From assembly GCA_000934665.2 (NCBI GenBank), contig JYFJ02004339.1, forward strand, positions 1-32,900: a DNA stretch of 32,900 nt, written 5' to 3'. A program made the position numbers and the translations under genes. The stretch's first letter is position 1, and the number at the start of each line of letters is the position of its first letter. This document shows, piece after piece, positions 10,801-22,800 of this stretch. Under the pieces are notes generated by a model, which had not been told where the DNA came from, ran no database searches, and was given only the letters and a program-made list of their open reading frames with translations. The DNA is from Catajapyx aquilonaris. Its lineage: Eukaryota.

Positions 10801-13800
10801 TAGAATAGTGATTCTGGTACCAAACAGTCTAATTCTTATGAAATACTATATTTCTAATTCCATCCAGAAACCTGAATTGCAAATAAGAAATTACCTGCAG
10901 GTTGATTGCCTCCAGAATGTGGTCAGGTGCATTGAGCTCCAGGAAAAGCATGATGAACATTCGGTGGTAAGGCAGTTGCTGGAAGTCTGTGCTGCGGACT
11001 TCGTGGTCTTGGATCAGAACCCCAGCTACTATCCCCAATACTTTGTTCAAAAGGTTGATCTTGGTGCCCGTGTTGTTGTTGTCGCCTGAATGCTTCACGA
11101 GGAGAGCAATCAGCCTCACAAAGGCATCCAAGGTATGGAAGCACTTGGCTCGAACCAGGGTTGGAGAGGTAGCCTGCTCTGCGAGTGCCCGGTAGCAAAG
11201 ATCCACACACATCTGCGTGCTCAGGCGGAAGAATCTGGTAATGAGATCGTCCGTCTTGAGGATCCCATGAAGGTTCATCTGAAAACGGTTGAAATGTAGG
11301 GTTCAATGCATCCTGATCCAGACACACTGCAGGTTCTGTCAATTAACGAACCTGTTGAACCAGCACTGTAAAGGCTTTGCTGGAATCTCGCCCTGCTGTT
11401 GGTGAATGATACATGGTCACCCACTCCCTCAAGAGGTACTCAGTCTTCTCCAGAAGTCCAGGGGGGTCATCAAACTCTCTCGCCTGAGAGATGCCTGAGT
11501 GTATATGAGCAGTGGGGCCTCCAGGTGCTCTGTCAGCTAGATACCCTGGGTCATGGTTTGCCCTCAGGAGGTCAATCAGTGTGGTCAGACTGGAACAATG
11601 AGAGAAGAAGGGGGAGTGCAGAGAAGAGGGTAACATTCAAGGAGGAAAAAGTTAACAAGGAAACAAGCCGTAGATAAAAGGGGACGTACACAAAAGGATG
11701 CCTGAAAAATGTGTGCATTTTTGGCACTGTGTCTGTAGAGGATGTTTATAATGTGTGAATTATGGCTTTGAGGAAAATGGTCAAAATTGCACTAAATGTG
11801 CCATTCTGTCGGTGTCCAAGCTTAAAAGGACCAACTGCATTTTCTTAATTCCACCCATTACCCCAACGCAATCAGAGTCACTTCTGGTAATGAGGCCATG
11901 AAGACAGGCTGGTCATGTCACATGGACGATGACTTATGCATGGGAGTACCAGGTGCTCATAAGGGCCACATCACCTGATGCGATCATGTTTGGGTTGGAA
12001 TAGTGGGCGGCATTAAGGTAAAATTGTGGGTCAGTGCTGCCTTGTAAGCTGGGATGCAGAAATAGCACTTGACATTTTCACCTGCAACACTGTAACCTTG
12101 TCGGGATTGGAGTGTCTTCACCACCGCATACCTGAGTCGAAGCACATGCATAATTATGCCAGGAAAATGCTCACGACATTAATAATTTTCATGATCTGCT
12201 TTGGGAAATCCAATCAGTTTGGAAAAAGCTCCCTATTAGTGCAGGGATAAGTCAAGTCCACTTGATTAGGTAGCACAGTGAAAGGTTTTCCGTATGTTGA
12301 CATGTTAAAAACTGAAGTCACTAATTAACTACATTACAACTTGTGAATATGTCACTTTTTTTTTTCTAAAGGTCACAGCTAAGTACGGAATAAGGTCTAC
12401 CATAACTTCATGCTGTAAGCTGCTACAAATTTTACAAAAGTAAGAATGCAGTATTTGAATGGATAAACCATATCAGTGTTCATTTGCCATGATGTTTTAG
12501 ACCACACGCTGCCATTTAGTGCAATTGTCTTTGACATAATTTCCCAATGACTGGTGGAAAATCTACAGTTCACTCGTACTCTTATTCGACCTATTGTGAT
12601 TTTCCTGTTAAACAGAAAATAACAAATATCGTGAAGTGTGGCTCACCCCAAAGTGACTTTTATATGAAGATGTATAACAATTCACTCTTTATTTCATATG
12701 AAGAGAAGAGCATGACTCTTCACGTTTATCTTTCTCATACAATTTCTGTATATATTTGAAAAGCAAATATAAACCAAATAAAAACAGCAAGCTTTAAATA
12801 AATGTCAGTCGGCATGCCAAATTTAAAGCATGATGCAGGCAAACTTGGCAAGCAAAAACCATTGGTTTATTTCTTTAAAACACCTCTTAAGGTGAAAGAT
12901 TTTGCAATGTGTGTCTAGGAGAAAAATTGCAGGAGAAAAGGGGCAAAAAAAGGAGGGAAGGAAGAAGAGGTTGAAAAGTTAGGAGGAAGAATAAAAAAAA
13001 AAGGTAAACAAAGAAAATAAGAAATGTGAATGTTCAATAATGAAGAACTAATCACCAAAAAAAGGTTTAACAGCGTGCCTGCCAAGCAATCATTATGTAC
13101 CATTTCGCTACAGATGACAGGTTTGTAAGCCTAAAGCGTGCACATGTCCTCAACCACAGAATTTCAAGCTCTAGTTATAGAAACAACAATAATAATAAAT
13201 GATATATTATAATAAAGTAAATAAAGCAGGAAAAATTCAGCACATTAAACACAAGCCATCAACAAAAAAAAATCATGTGTGACATCAATGGACATAATTA
13301 CATACATCCTAAGAGGCTACTGATAGGTCTATGAACAAAATTGGCTGCTAATTAGCAAAAAATGTGATATTCCTACTCAAAATGCCTTCATAACTAATTA
13401 ATAGCAACCAACAAAAGTGACGTGTTTTACCAGAAACATCTGTCAAACAAATCCGTAACTAATTAACCATCCAAATCCCTGAGTCTTCCGATAAAATCAC
13501 TTAAAAAAAAAAACTCCATTCATGTACAACAATTCAAGCAAATTAAAAAAATTCCCTACCCATCCGGAGGCTGCCTGGAGTGTGTGGCAATCCTCACGAG
13601 CATCTCAATGGTGTTGAACAAGTCATTCTCTGTGACATGGACACTTTGCCTCTCTCCGATAAGGTAGAGCTGCACCAATTGCATGGCAAAGTTCACAGCC
13701 ATAAAATTGGCCCCATTCTCCATGGCCTGCGCCAGGTACATGTCAAACTGTTGCATGTTGATCAGATGGTCTCGAATCAGGACATCAACAGTCTCCAGGT

Positions 13801-16800
13801 TAAACTTGAACTCATCCCTGCATTCGATCAGAACCCGCGTCACTTGCTTGTTGACTAGCTGTGGCCCGTAACCTCGAGGGTCTTGCAAGGCCTTCAGGAC
13901 AATCATATGGGCTTCCAGGTAACGGAGAGTCACGTCATGATCACTGTATGCTGGAGGAAATATCTCCAGAATACCTTCCACAGCCTGTGAAGAGAGACCG
14001 CATCAAGAGGTCAGATCATTTTTATCGCTTAGCTTATTTTTACATATGCGTCGAGAGATAATACGTATGTATCATGAAAGGCTGCTGCAACTTGACAATG
14101 GTTCTTACCTTCTGTATGAGAGCTCCTGACGAGACCATGTCCCTGTTTGTTCTTGCCAAAATGACACTCTCGAGTAAGCTCCTGATAGCCACCATACGTG
14201 GGTTTGCTGGTGATGTAACTGTTATCATGGACTGAATAAGATGGTCTAATTCAGCCACCATCTTGTCAAAAACAGCTGTGAGATCATCTACTGCTGCATG
14301 GGTTTGCTGTAAACAAGACGAAAATATTGTATCCATGTTCTAGTTCGGCAAAAACTCTCAAATGTGAATTACTCACCGGAACTGGCACTGGCTTGGGTAT
14401 GAACACAGCCACGGCATCTCTCTCCATTGGTAAAAACCCGGGGATGTTGCGGGCAAACTCCTCATAAACCGCCATCTGCTGAGAAGTAACTCCACCCACC
14501 TTCAGCCTGATCTGCTCTGGCATACGCTCTGCCTGGTAGGTAAGTACTACAGGATCGCAGTACCTCCTGCCTTCACCACGGGCGTGTTTCCGCACCTCGA
14601 AGTCCTAGAAGTAAATAAAACAATGAGGCACAACTCAACACTAACAATAGAAAAGGTACTGAAGTCGTTAGAATTTCGGTCTGGAACAGAATACAACATG
14701 CGTATGGTGTAATGGAATATATTAGTTTGATTAGGGTTTGACTAAAAGACTGGTAAAAAGGCCAAACACTTTGCAGTTTGCAGATCAAGATGGTTGGAAT
14801 GGGAACAAAGTTCAACTGGAATGTACAACTAAAATTCTCAAATGCAATTGAAAATGGTATTGCAGCAGTCATGATGGTAATTAATGTATTGAACAGTTGT
14901 TAAAATGCCCTTTTGTGAAATAAAAACGCAGAGAACAACTAAATGTCTCTTCATTGAGCTCAGGTCAACAACCCTCATTTACCAGAACTTTCCCTTGACA
15001 CCTTCGCATTTAATGGAACAATTTTTGTCACTAATCAATTGAGGTCCTTTGCCGCAAGAAACAGATGATGCCAACCGGATTTTACATGCCTGATTAATCC
15101 CGCTGAACAGGAGAGCACAGAGAGCCGACCTTCTGCTTCAACTCCTTCACAGGAAATGAAAAAACAACATTGCCTTCAGGAGTGCCACAAGTAATGTTCC
15201 GGAAGGGGTTGGCAATCCTTTGTTTACAATTTGGCAACCATTTTTCAATGGTTCCGAATTTGTACGGCTTGAAAATGCAAGCTCTTATAATCGCATCCTT
15301 TAGTTAGACCGCAAACATGAATAGATCCCGATTTGCAGGATGTTACCTCATTAGAAAAAGTGTTCCAACCATTTTTTCTGCATTGTAGCATGCAGTATCT
15401 TCTCAAGAAAAACTCTCCAATTTCGCATAAAACAACGTTATGAACATGTGCATTATTACAAAGAGTGCACTTACACTAGCCAGTCTTTTGTCCATTTCAG
15501 GTATGGCCTTCTCCACCGCAGTCTTCTGTATGTAAGCACATGCCAGCTCCACATTGTCTTGCGCAATAACACTGGCTGCCTGTTCACTCAATTCCTTTTG
15601 TTGCTGGTTAGTTCCCTGCGTAACGAGAACCAGCAGTGTAAATCCTCACTAAATAAAATCCGCTGAACAATTTCATTGCGCATCCTTCAACCAATTGGTG
15701 TTGTCAAGTACGAATGATGCGATAATCGATTTTCTTCCCAGCAGCCATACGTCAATTAGTTTGTCACATGAACATGGTAAAAGGAGTAAATTATATTGAA
15801 TTTTATCATCCTCATAACTTAATCTATTTAAAAGTTTCAGGTCATCACTCGACATGTGTATGAACTGCTGCAGCAAGAAAATGCTAACGGAAATGTACAA
15901 CCTGCTCCATCACGATAAATTAAATGAAGCAACTTCGAGGATGTTCAATGATTTCAATATGTTCAACTGTGTTAAATTTGCATTTTAAAAACAATAAAAT
16001 TTGCCTCGTCACATTTGGAGCTTAAAAACTTTTAATTAACAATGTATCGTAATTTCCGAGTAGCCAAATGATTACGAACATTTCGCAACACCAACAGGTT
16101 TAAAAATCTTGTAAAAAAGTAACCAGTCCAAATTTTTTTGCAACATTACCTCCATATTTAGGTAGGTCTGTGACGTCACAGCCTCGTTCTTCCCCCATGC
16201 AAAGAAAAAAAATCGCAATTTAGTCGTCGCAGGAAAAATAACGAGTCCAGATAAAAATCAAACCAATGCCACAATTTTTTTTGACCAACTGAAAACCAAA
16301 TATTCAGAAGCAAACCAACTGCACCACAGCCCCCCACACGTAAAAGAGTGGGAGGCGGGATAACTTGCCATTACCCTCAGCGTTGACACAAATGCAGTCT
16401 TGAGATTATTGCTCATGGAGACAAGAAGGTGGTCCCTGCATGTGATGACTGCCATGCCTGCAGTCAGGTTGCGCACCATGTGATGTGCCGCCAAGCGCAT
16501 CCTAGACTCCTCTGGATCTAGCGCAAAGTCCTGGAGAATTACAGAAAAAGAAGTGATTGATTACATGCGATTGTAATATTGCATACCGCGAAACACACAC
16601 AAGAAAGCCACCAACCTTCTTGACAATCTGCTCGCAGGTGGTTAGTGCGATTTTGACAGACCTGTCCACAACAGGGTGAATCCATTCCTGGATTGCCCTC
16701 TCGATAGAAGGCCTGACAATAGCCTTCAGCTGCGGATGAGTCTGGAACAGACCCAGCTGGGTGTTGACTGCCAAGTGCTGGCCAATTCCGCCTGTGCTGA

Positions 16801-19800
16801 TGTCAATCTCCATGTAGTTGAATCTGGGTTCAGGAGGAGCAGTTAGGGTTGGGGTTGGAGTAGATGGAGTGGGAGCTAAGGAGGAAGTTGTGGGAGGAGT
16901 GGTGGAGGACGATGATGGGTGTGGAGGTTGGGATGAAGGAGGATTGGGCACGTTCGTGGGTACTACATGTGACATCTGGCTCATTTCTTCCGAAGGGGCC
17001 GAGATGGCTCGAAGGAAGGTATCATTAGGTTGGATTTGAACACGGCTAACTTGTGGTTGTTGCTGTGGCGGCTGTTGTTGCTGAGGTTGTGGAGTGGGCT
17101 GAGGTGTTGGTTGGGAAGGCAGAGGAGGAGGTGGGAGAGACTCGACTGTCTTTTTGTTCAGCTGCGACAGCTGGAAGTCAATTCTTCTTGCACGGCTCTG
17201 GTCCTTTAGGAGGACACCTGGTTTCAAATCCTGAAAACAAGGCAAGTTATTCAACATCAATAGCTACAAGCTATTTAACTCTAGGACAATGACACTTACA
17301 GCCACATCAATGCTGAGGGTCTTGCACAGGACTTCTATCTCAAACTTGAGGTTAAGCTTCAGGTCCTGCTCTTGATGCAGCTCGGCCAGCAAGTTCATGA
17401 TTGCTATTGTCCAAGGATTTGGGGGTTTGAACACTCTGCTCTTGGAGCAGGATTCAAGCACCTTGGCAACGAAAGGAACCACGTAGAGCAGTTCTTGTTG
17501 GCCCTTGTGGTAGGCTTCAATTAGGAGGGATTTGATGTCAATGTCTATCTGGAGGATAGGTCTGTTCTTGGCCAATGTTAACATGCCAAGCCAGTGACCG
17601 AGGTTCTTCAGAAGGGATCTGTCCGAGAAGTTGGCGATGCCCTTGTCACTCCGGAGTAGTACCTTAGGAACCAAAGTTGTAACTTTATATTTGACCAAAC
17701 AAAATGTTGAAAATCGATGAATCATGCCTACCTTGATGTTTCTGAAGGTTTCGTTGATGACCATACGGTTGACATCTGGCATTTTCAGTGTATCTAGAAA
17801 GTTTGAATACAAAGTGTGGAAGTTGTGTTCAATACTAGCCCTCTTCAATACCAAGTACTGCGCCACCCATGGCCAATAATCTTCTGTCATCAGGTCTCGC
17901 AGTTCTTCACACTATGGGAGTAATCATAACAAAAAATTTCAAGCCCATTTATTGCATTCTTCCACATTGATGGCACAACTAGAATCAGCATGTGCTCTTT
18001 TGTATGCCTGTAACTGAAATAATAGTTCAAATCACATGCATTACCTTTGGTTGGAGATTCAACTGACTCAGGTTGTTAAATATGAAGGCAATCTTGTCTT
18101 GCAAACTCTCAGGTGGCGCTGTAATTTTATCTTCCCTCTCCGTTGCCACTAAAAGTGTGTCTATGTTCGTTGCATTAGCAATGGAAGGCTGCACAATCAA
18201 TAAAAAAACATCAGCACTTTATGACGACACGTGAGTGCAAAATTTCACACACATGCACGATCCATGCTGTCAAAAAGTAAACTCAGACCATGTGAAATTG
18301 GCAGCCTAACCAGCCTCCTGCTTTTATGACTTTGGAATGTACAAGCCTTTTTTGAAGAAAAAAAAATCAGGCTGCAATTCATTTAGCCTTCTACAAGTTT
18401 CCAGCTGCTACACACAATTATTAGTCAGGGTTGCAAGATTTCTGCCACATTATGGATCTGAGCTTACTTTTAATATGTAAATAAAATGTCGGATAGCACA
18501 ATGAAGAGTTGCTCTCTTAGCAATGTCAACAACTTTCGTGCCTTCCAAGTATCAAAATGTCCACTCAATGTCATAGCAACTTTATTTGAACCTCTTTCAA
18601 GGCCTTCACAGATATACTGGGTCCTTACCCGTCCAGAAATAGTGGTGGTAGTGGTTTTTGGCGTCATAGTTGTAGTAGTCGTCATGGTTGTGACGGTTAT
18701 TGTCTTCCCTGCAGTAGTTACCGTTGAAATGGGAGACATCATAGTATTTAATGCTGGGGGCATGATCTGGCCCTGAGGCCTGTTTGATGGTTCCTGCTGC
18801 CAGCAACCATACTCGATGTACTGTAAAAGAAACATTAATTGTACGTCAAAAAATGTGGCAATTAGTTCATAATCATGGAATCATTGCAAGTCAAGCTCAT
18901 AAGGATCACATGCCTGCCATAGCACACATTGTACATAAGCATCACACTTTACGTGTGTTCCACGTGTCATTAAGCTCCACTGAGCAACTGGCTCTTTCCA
19001 GATTGCATTTATTTACAACCATTACAGCTAGAAAACACACATGCACGTAAACACATTTTTGGTTGTCTTTTCACATATTTACTACAATTATTTACGATTC
19101 ACTACTGTTAGACAAGTGGTGAGAGCACAACTTAAATGGCCTGAACATTGATAACTTCACAATCAAAATCAATGTGACAGGGGAGAGAGGATTAAAAGTC
19201 CAAGATACTTGCTCTAATTTCATATTTTTGTGCACTCACCTCTTTCAGATGGTGCGGAAAGTCTGTGAAGTGAGGTATGGAAGCCAGGTGCTGGCAATAC
19301 TGTGGGTAATCTTTGAGCCTATGCTTAAAGCGATCCAAGGCCGCAATGCCAAAATAATACATTTTACTTCCATGGGGCTTCCTCAATGCTTCCAGAACAT
19401 ACCTCAAAGCCAGACCAAGATGCCAGTATGACCTAGAGTACAGAATATTTATAGTCCCTCCATAAACGTTGCAACAGCATGGAAAAAAAAATTCAGTTGT
19501 CATAGTAGTAGGATGCAAAAAAAAGCATGTAGGGCGCAAAGAGAAAATGATGTGGACAGACACAAGCATAAAGCATGATGAATGCTTGCCTTTGCTATCA
19601 AAATTTTGCAACAAGTGGGTTTGGTAGACCTACTAACTTAGTTAAAAGTGGGCACTGACCAACGAACAAGAAGCTGAAGCAAAAAACTCAACAGAATGCA
19701 ACATGCAAAAACTAAAAGTGTGCATGCAAAAAAATAAATATAAAGAAATCAAATGATAAGAACGGCAAAACGTTCCTGCCAATCACCTGTCATTATGCAG

Positions 19801-22800
19801 TTTGGCCGTCCAGTCTTCGTTTCGTCTTCTGCTGGATCAGAACTCAAATTGTAAATAAAATTTCTATCTGTGCTTTGAGTAACAAATCAAAAATCATACA
19901 AAAAAAGCACTCCCTGACCTCTGGCCAGAGGCACAACTAAAACAACTGAATAAAATACAAAATATAGTAATAGTGTGTGTGGCCAAATAAATAAAAAAGA
20001 CACATAATAGCTCCAATGTGATTCCATTAATAAGCCAAAAATAAAAAGTGAAGAAGTAAAAAAAAGGACAAAAAGCAGTCGTTAATGCAAGACACAAATT
20101 CGTTTACTTGTGGCATAATTTTTAAAAAATACTGCATTAAACAAAAAAAAACTGAACACATACAGCAGCTTCCAAAAATTAAAAACAATAAAAAATAAAA
20201 AGCATGCTGTGCAAACTGGTTCCTTTAACAAGGAAACATATATAACAAAAAAATGGATGTTTAAATAAAGCAGCCTCTCACAAGCTTACGGTAAGGATGT
20301 GACACAAGCGCTACTTACGAGACCAATCCATGCTCAATGATGCCACCAAAAAGTTGAGCCGTGATGTGCAACTCCTTATCTGGATATTGTGGGAAGAACC
20401 TGTATTCTTCAAACAGATTTCTCAACATACAGTTGAAAACGTCCTAGAGATTTAAAAAAAAGCAGTAACAAAGTTAGCACAAGGTCCAAGACTATTCCAG
20501 ATTGAGTGACAGGTTGACTGTTCCCTTTGGTTATCATGTCACTCCCAAGAAATATGATAAATAAGGAGGAAAACCAATGCAAGAGTAAGATAATTTCGGG
20601 GACAAGGAAGTGGGCGACTTTGAAGGGAGAGAGATGCATAGAGAAAACCTGCTCAATTGTGCGAAAAGCACGAGCACACTGACTGATAATGCGCCAAATT
20701 TCATTGCAAATGCTGCACCTGGACTAAAGGTGTGTTCCCAAGCTTGTGACAATAAAGAGTTTTTGAGCGAATTCCAGACTTTTCAATGTGAGTGACAGTC
20801 AAAAGACAAATGGTGTTTGAGTATTTACTTCGAGTACTCGCTCACACTTCGGCTACAACAATTTATTGAAAGCTTGGCAACACACCTAAGGAAAAGTTCC
20901 GTAAGGGATAAGGGCCCATTATCAACACATTCCACTGTATTATAGTCGTCAGCATAATTCATGTAAAAAGGAACAGCAACCAAGAACCAAAATACGAAAC
21001 AGTTTTGGCTTCCGTTTCACCCTACTCGGAATCCCTTTCTTAATTAGTTAGTTAAACAAAATAAAATGGCACCTTTTCTCTCTTCACTGGCGATTCCTGA
21101 AATTTCTTCAGCATTTCCAAGACCTCATCAATAGATAGTGTCGGATGAGGCGGATGGTTGTATATCCGCTGAAAGTAACCATTGGCTTCCTCCTCGATCT
21201 CTTCAGACACTGTCTGGGACATCTCTGGAATCATGGCTGACAGGTCACCTGCACAACCATAGCACAGTTTCTCAGACATGTTGGCATCCAGACACTAACT
21301 GCACGCCCACCCAACCGCCCTGTCTACATGACGTGTTCAAACAAGTTGCTATGCCCTGCTTCCATTTTGCTCCAGACGCTTTTTATATTTCCTTTTGTTC
21401 CCTCCTATTGGTTCGTGGAAGTCAAGCGAGGGGCGGGTGGGTGAGGAGTTATGAAAGATGAGAGCAGCAGCCACATAAAAAAAAGAGAGGAGACATGCTC
21501 CGCCTTGCAGGAACCATGGCAACACAGGATAATTCCTGTAGTATTCACGTGAGAAACCTGAGAAGTGCTATTGTCCCAAGAAAAAGGGATCCAATTACAG
21601 AAAGGTTGCCACCAGTATTACACTCTGAGGGTATCAAATTTTACTGTCTAATCATAAAGCACGCTAATTATGGTATTTGTGAACATGTGGGGAACGCAAA
21701 AGAACAACATTTCGTGGTAATCAGTTTTATGTGCAACCCTAACATTTGTTTGTAGACCAGTTGGGCATAACATGACATCTAATTGCCAGAGTTTTGCACA
21801 CTGGCAAGAGAGAACCCAGTGAGGTTCACCTGAGAAGCAACATACCACAAGAATTACGACTTAACAAATATTGAGGCAGGTGACACACAGAAAGACATCT
21901 CGATTTTCACAGTAACGACAGGCAAATGTGAGTGTTGAATCTGGCATGGCTGTTAACTTCATTATGACCAAAATGTATTTCTGTTCACTGCGCAAATCTG
22001 GCCTTCTCTTGCATATGCTAATCACTATTGAAGCTATCATTTACTTTCGGTAGTAATCAGACCCAAACAGCCAATGACCTGAGAATGAGGTATGAAATAA
22101 ATAAAATCAATACATTGGATGGTAATAATTTGAGTTGTTTTAAGTCGTGATATCAGTAAACACTTGCATGTGATGGCACTGCTCTGGATGGAAGAAGCTC
22201 AAGATTTTGCGGAAAAGTGTGAATGATTGCAGGAGCGCTTCCCATACCCCACAAGTCACATAGTTTCTGCAATCAAAATATCTGGAGCTTTTACAACCCT
22301 ACTTTTACTACTATAGTTTTGAGTCGTCATTATCTGGACTTTCCATCATCTGGAAATCCACATGATGTTATTTACTAAATTTTACTGCACATTCAAGCAC
22401 ACTGTATATTCTTCACTCCAAGAAGCGATTTGGGTAACTGAGCCACCCAGGCAAGTTTTGAAGTGTGAGGTCAGCTTGATCCAGTGTCAGTTAGTACTAA
22501 TAACGTAGCGTGCTTGTGTGCTACAGTTCAGTATAAAACACAAATCCCAACCCCTGCAAAATATGATAAAATACGCAACGAACTCACCCTGCCTGGGCTT
22601 GTCCACTGGCTGCGGGCCAAGCCTTCCTAATGCCCCCAAACTCCCAACACCAACTCCTACTCCTGAGATAAGGGAAGCATTGGGTGGCCCTATTTGGTTG
22701 GCCATGGGCCCCGTGTGGAGTCCAGTGTTTATGGGCGGGATAACTGGCGGGAATGGGCTCTGGGAAGTTGGTCCCGGGCCTGGACCAGGCCCAGGACCAG

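Noticed and set aside
11920..11975. CATAAGGGCCA and GATGACTT resemble antisense small-subunit rRNA sequence
   Set aside because: Matches are very short, in the wrong order and not extendable; coincidence.
11984..12131. ~48 open codons in exon-21 phase after CTCAG at 12132
   Set aside because: Weak pyrimidine tract; the site reads better as a donor (CAG|GTATGC); an open frame of this length is unremarkable.
15660..16260. Possible MITE or DNA-transposon remnant in intron 17 (GTGACGTCAC motif, CpG-containing AT-rich sequence)
   Set aside because: No terminal inverted repeats or target-site duplication could be identified by eye.
20284..20310. Second donor-like GTAAGC and U12 branch-like TCCTTAC after exon 10
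   Set aside because: An in-frame TAA precedes it, and no U12 donor (GTATCC/ATATCC) occurs at the relevant exon ends.
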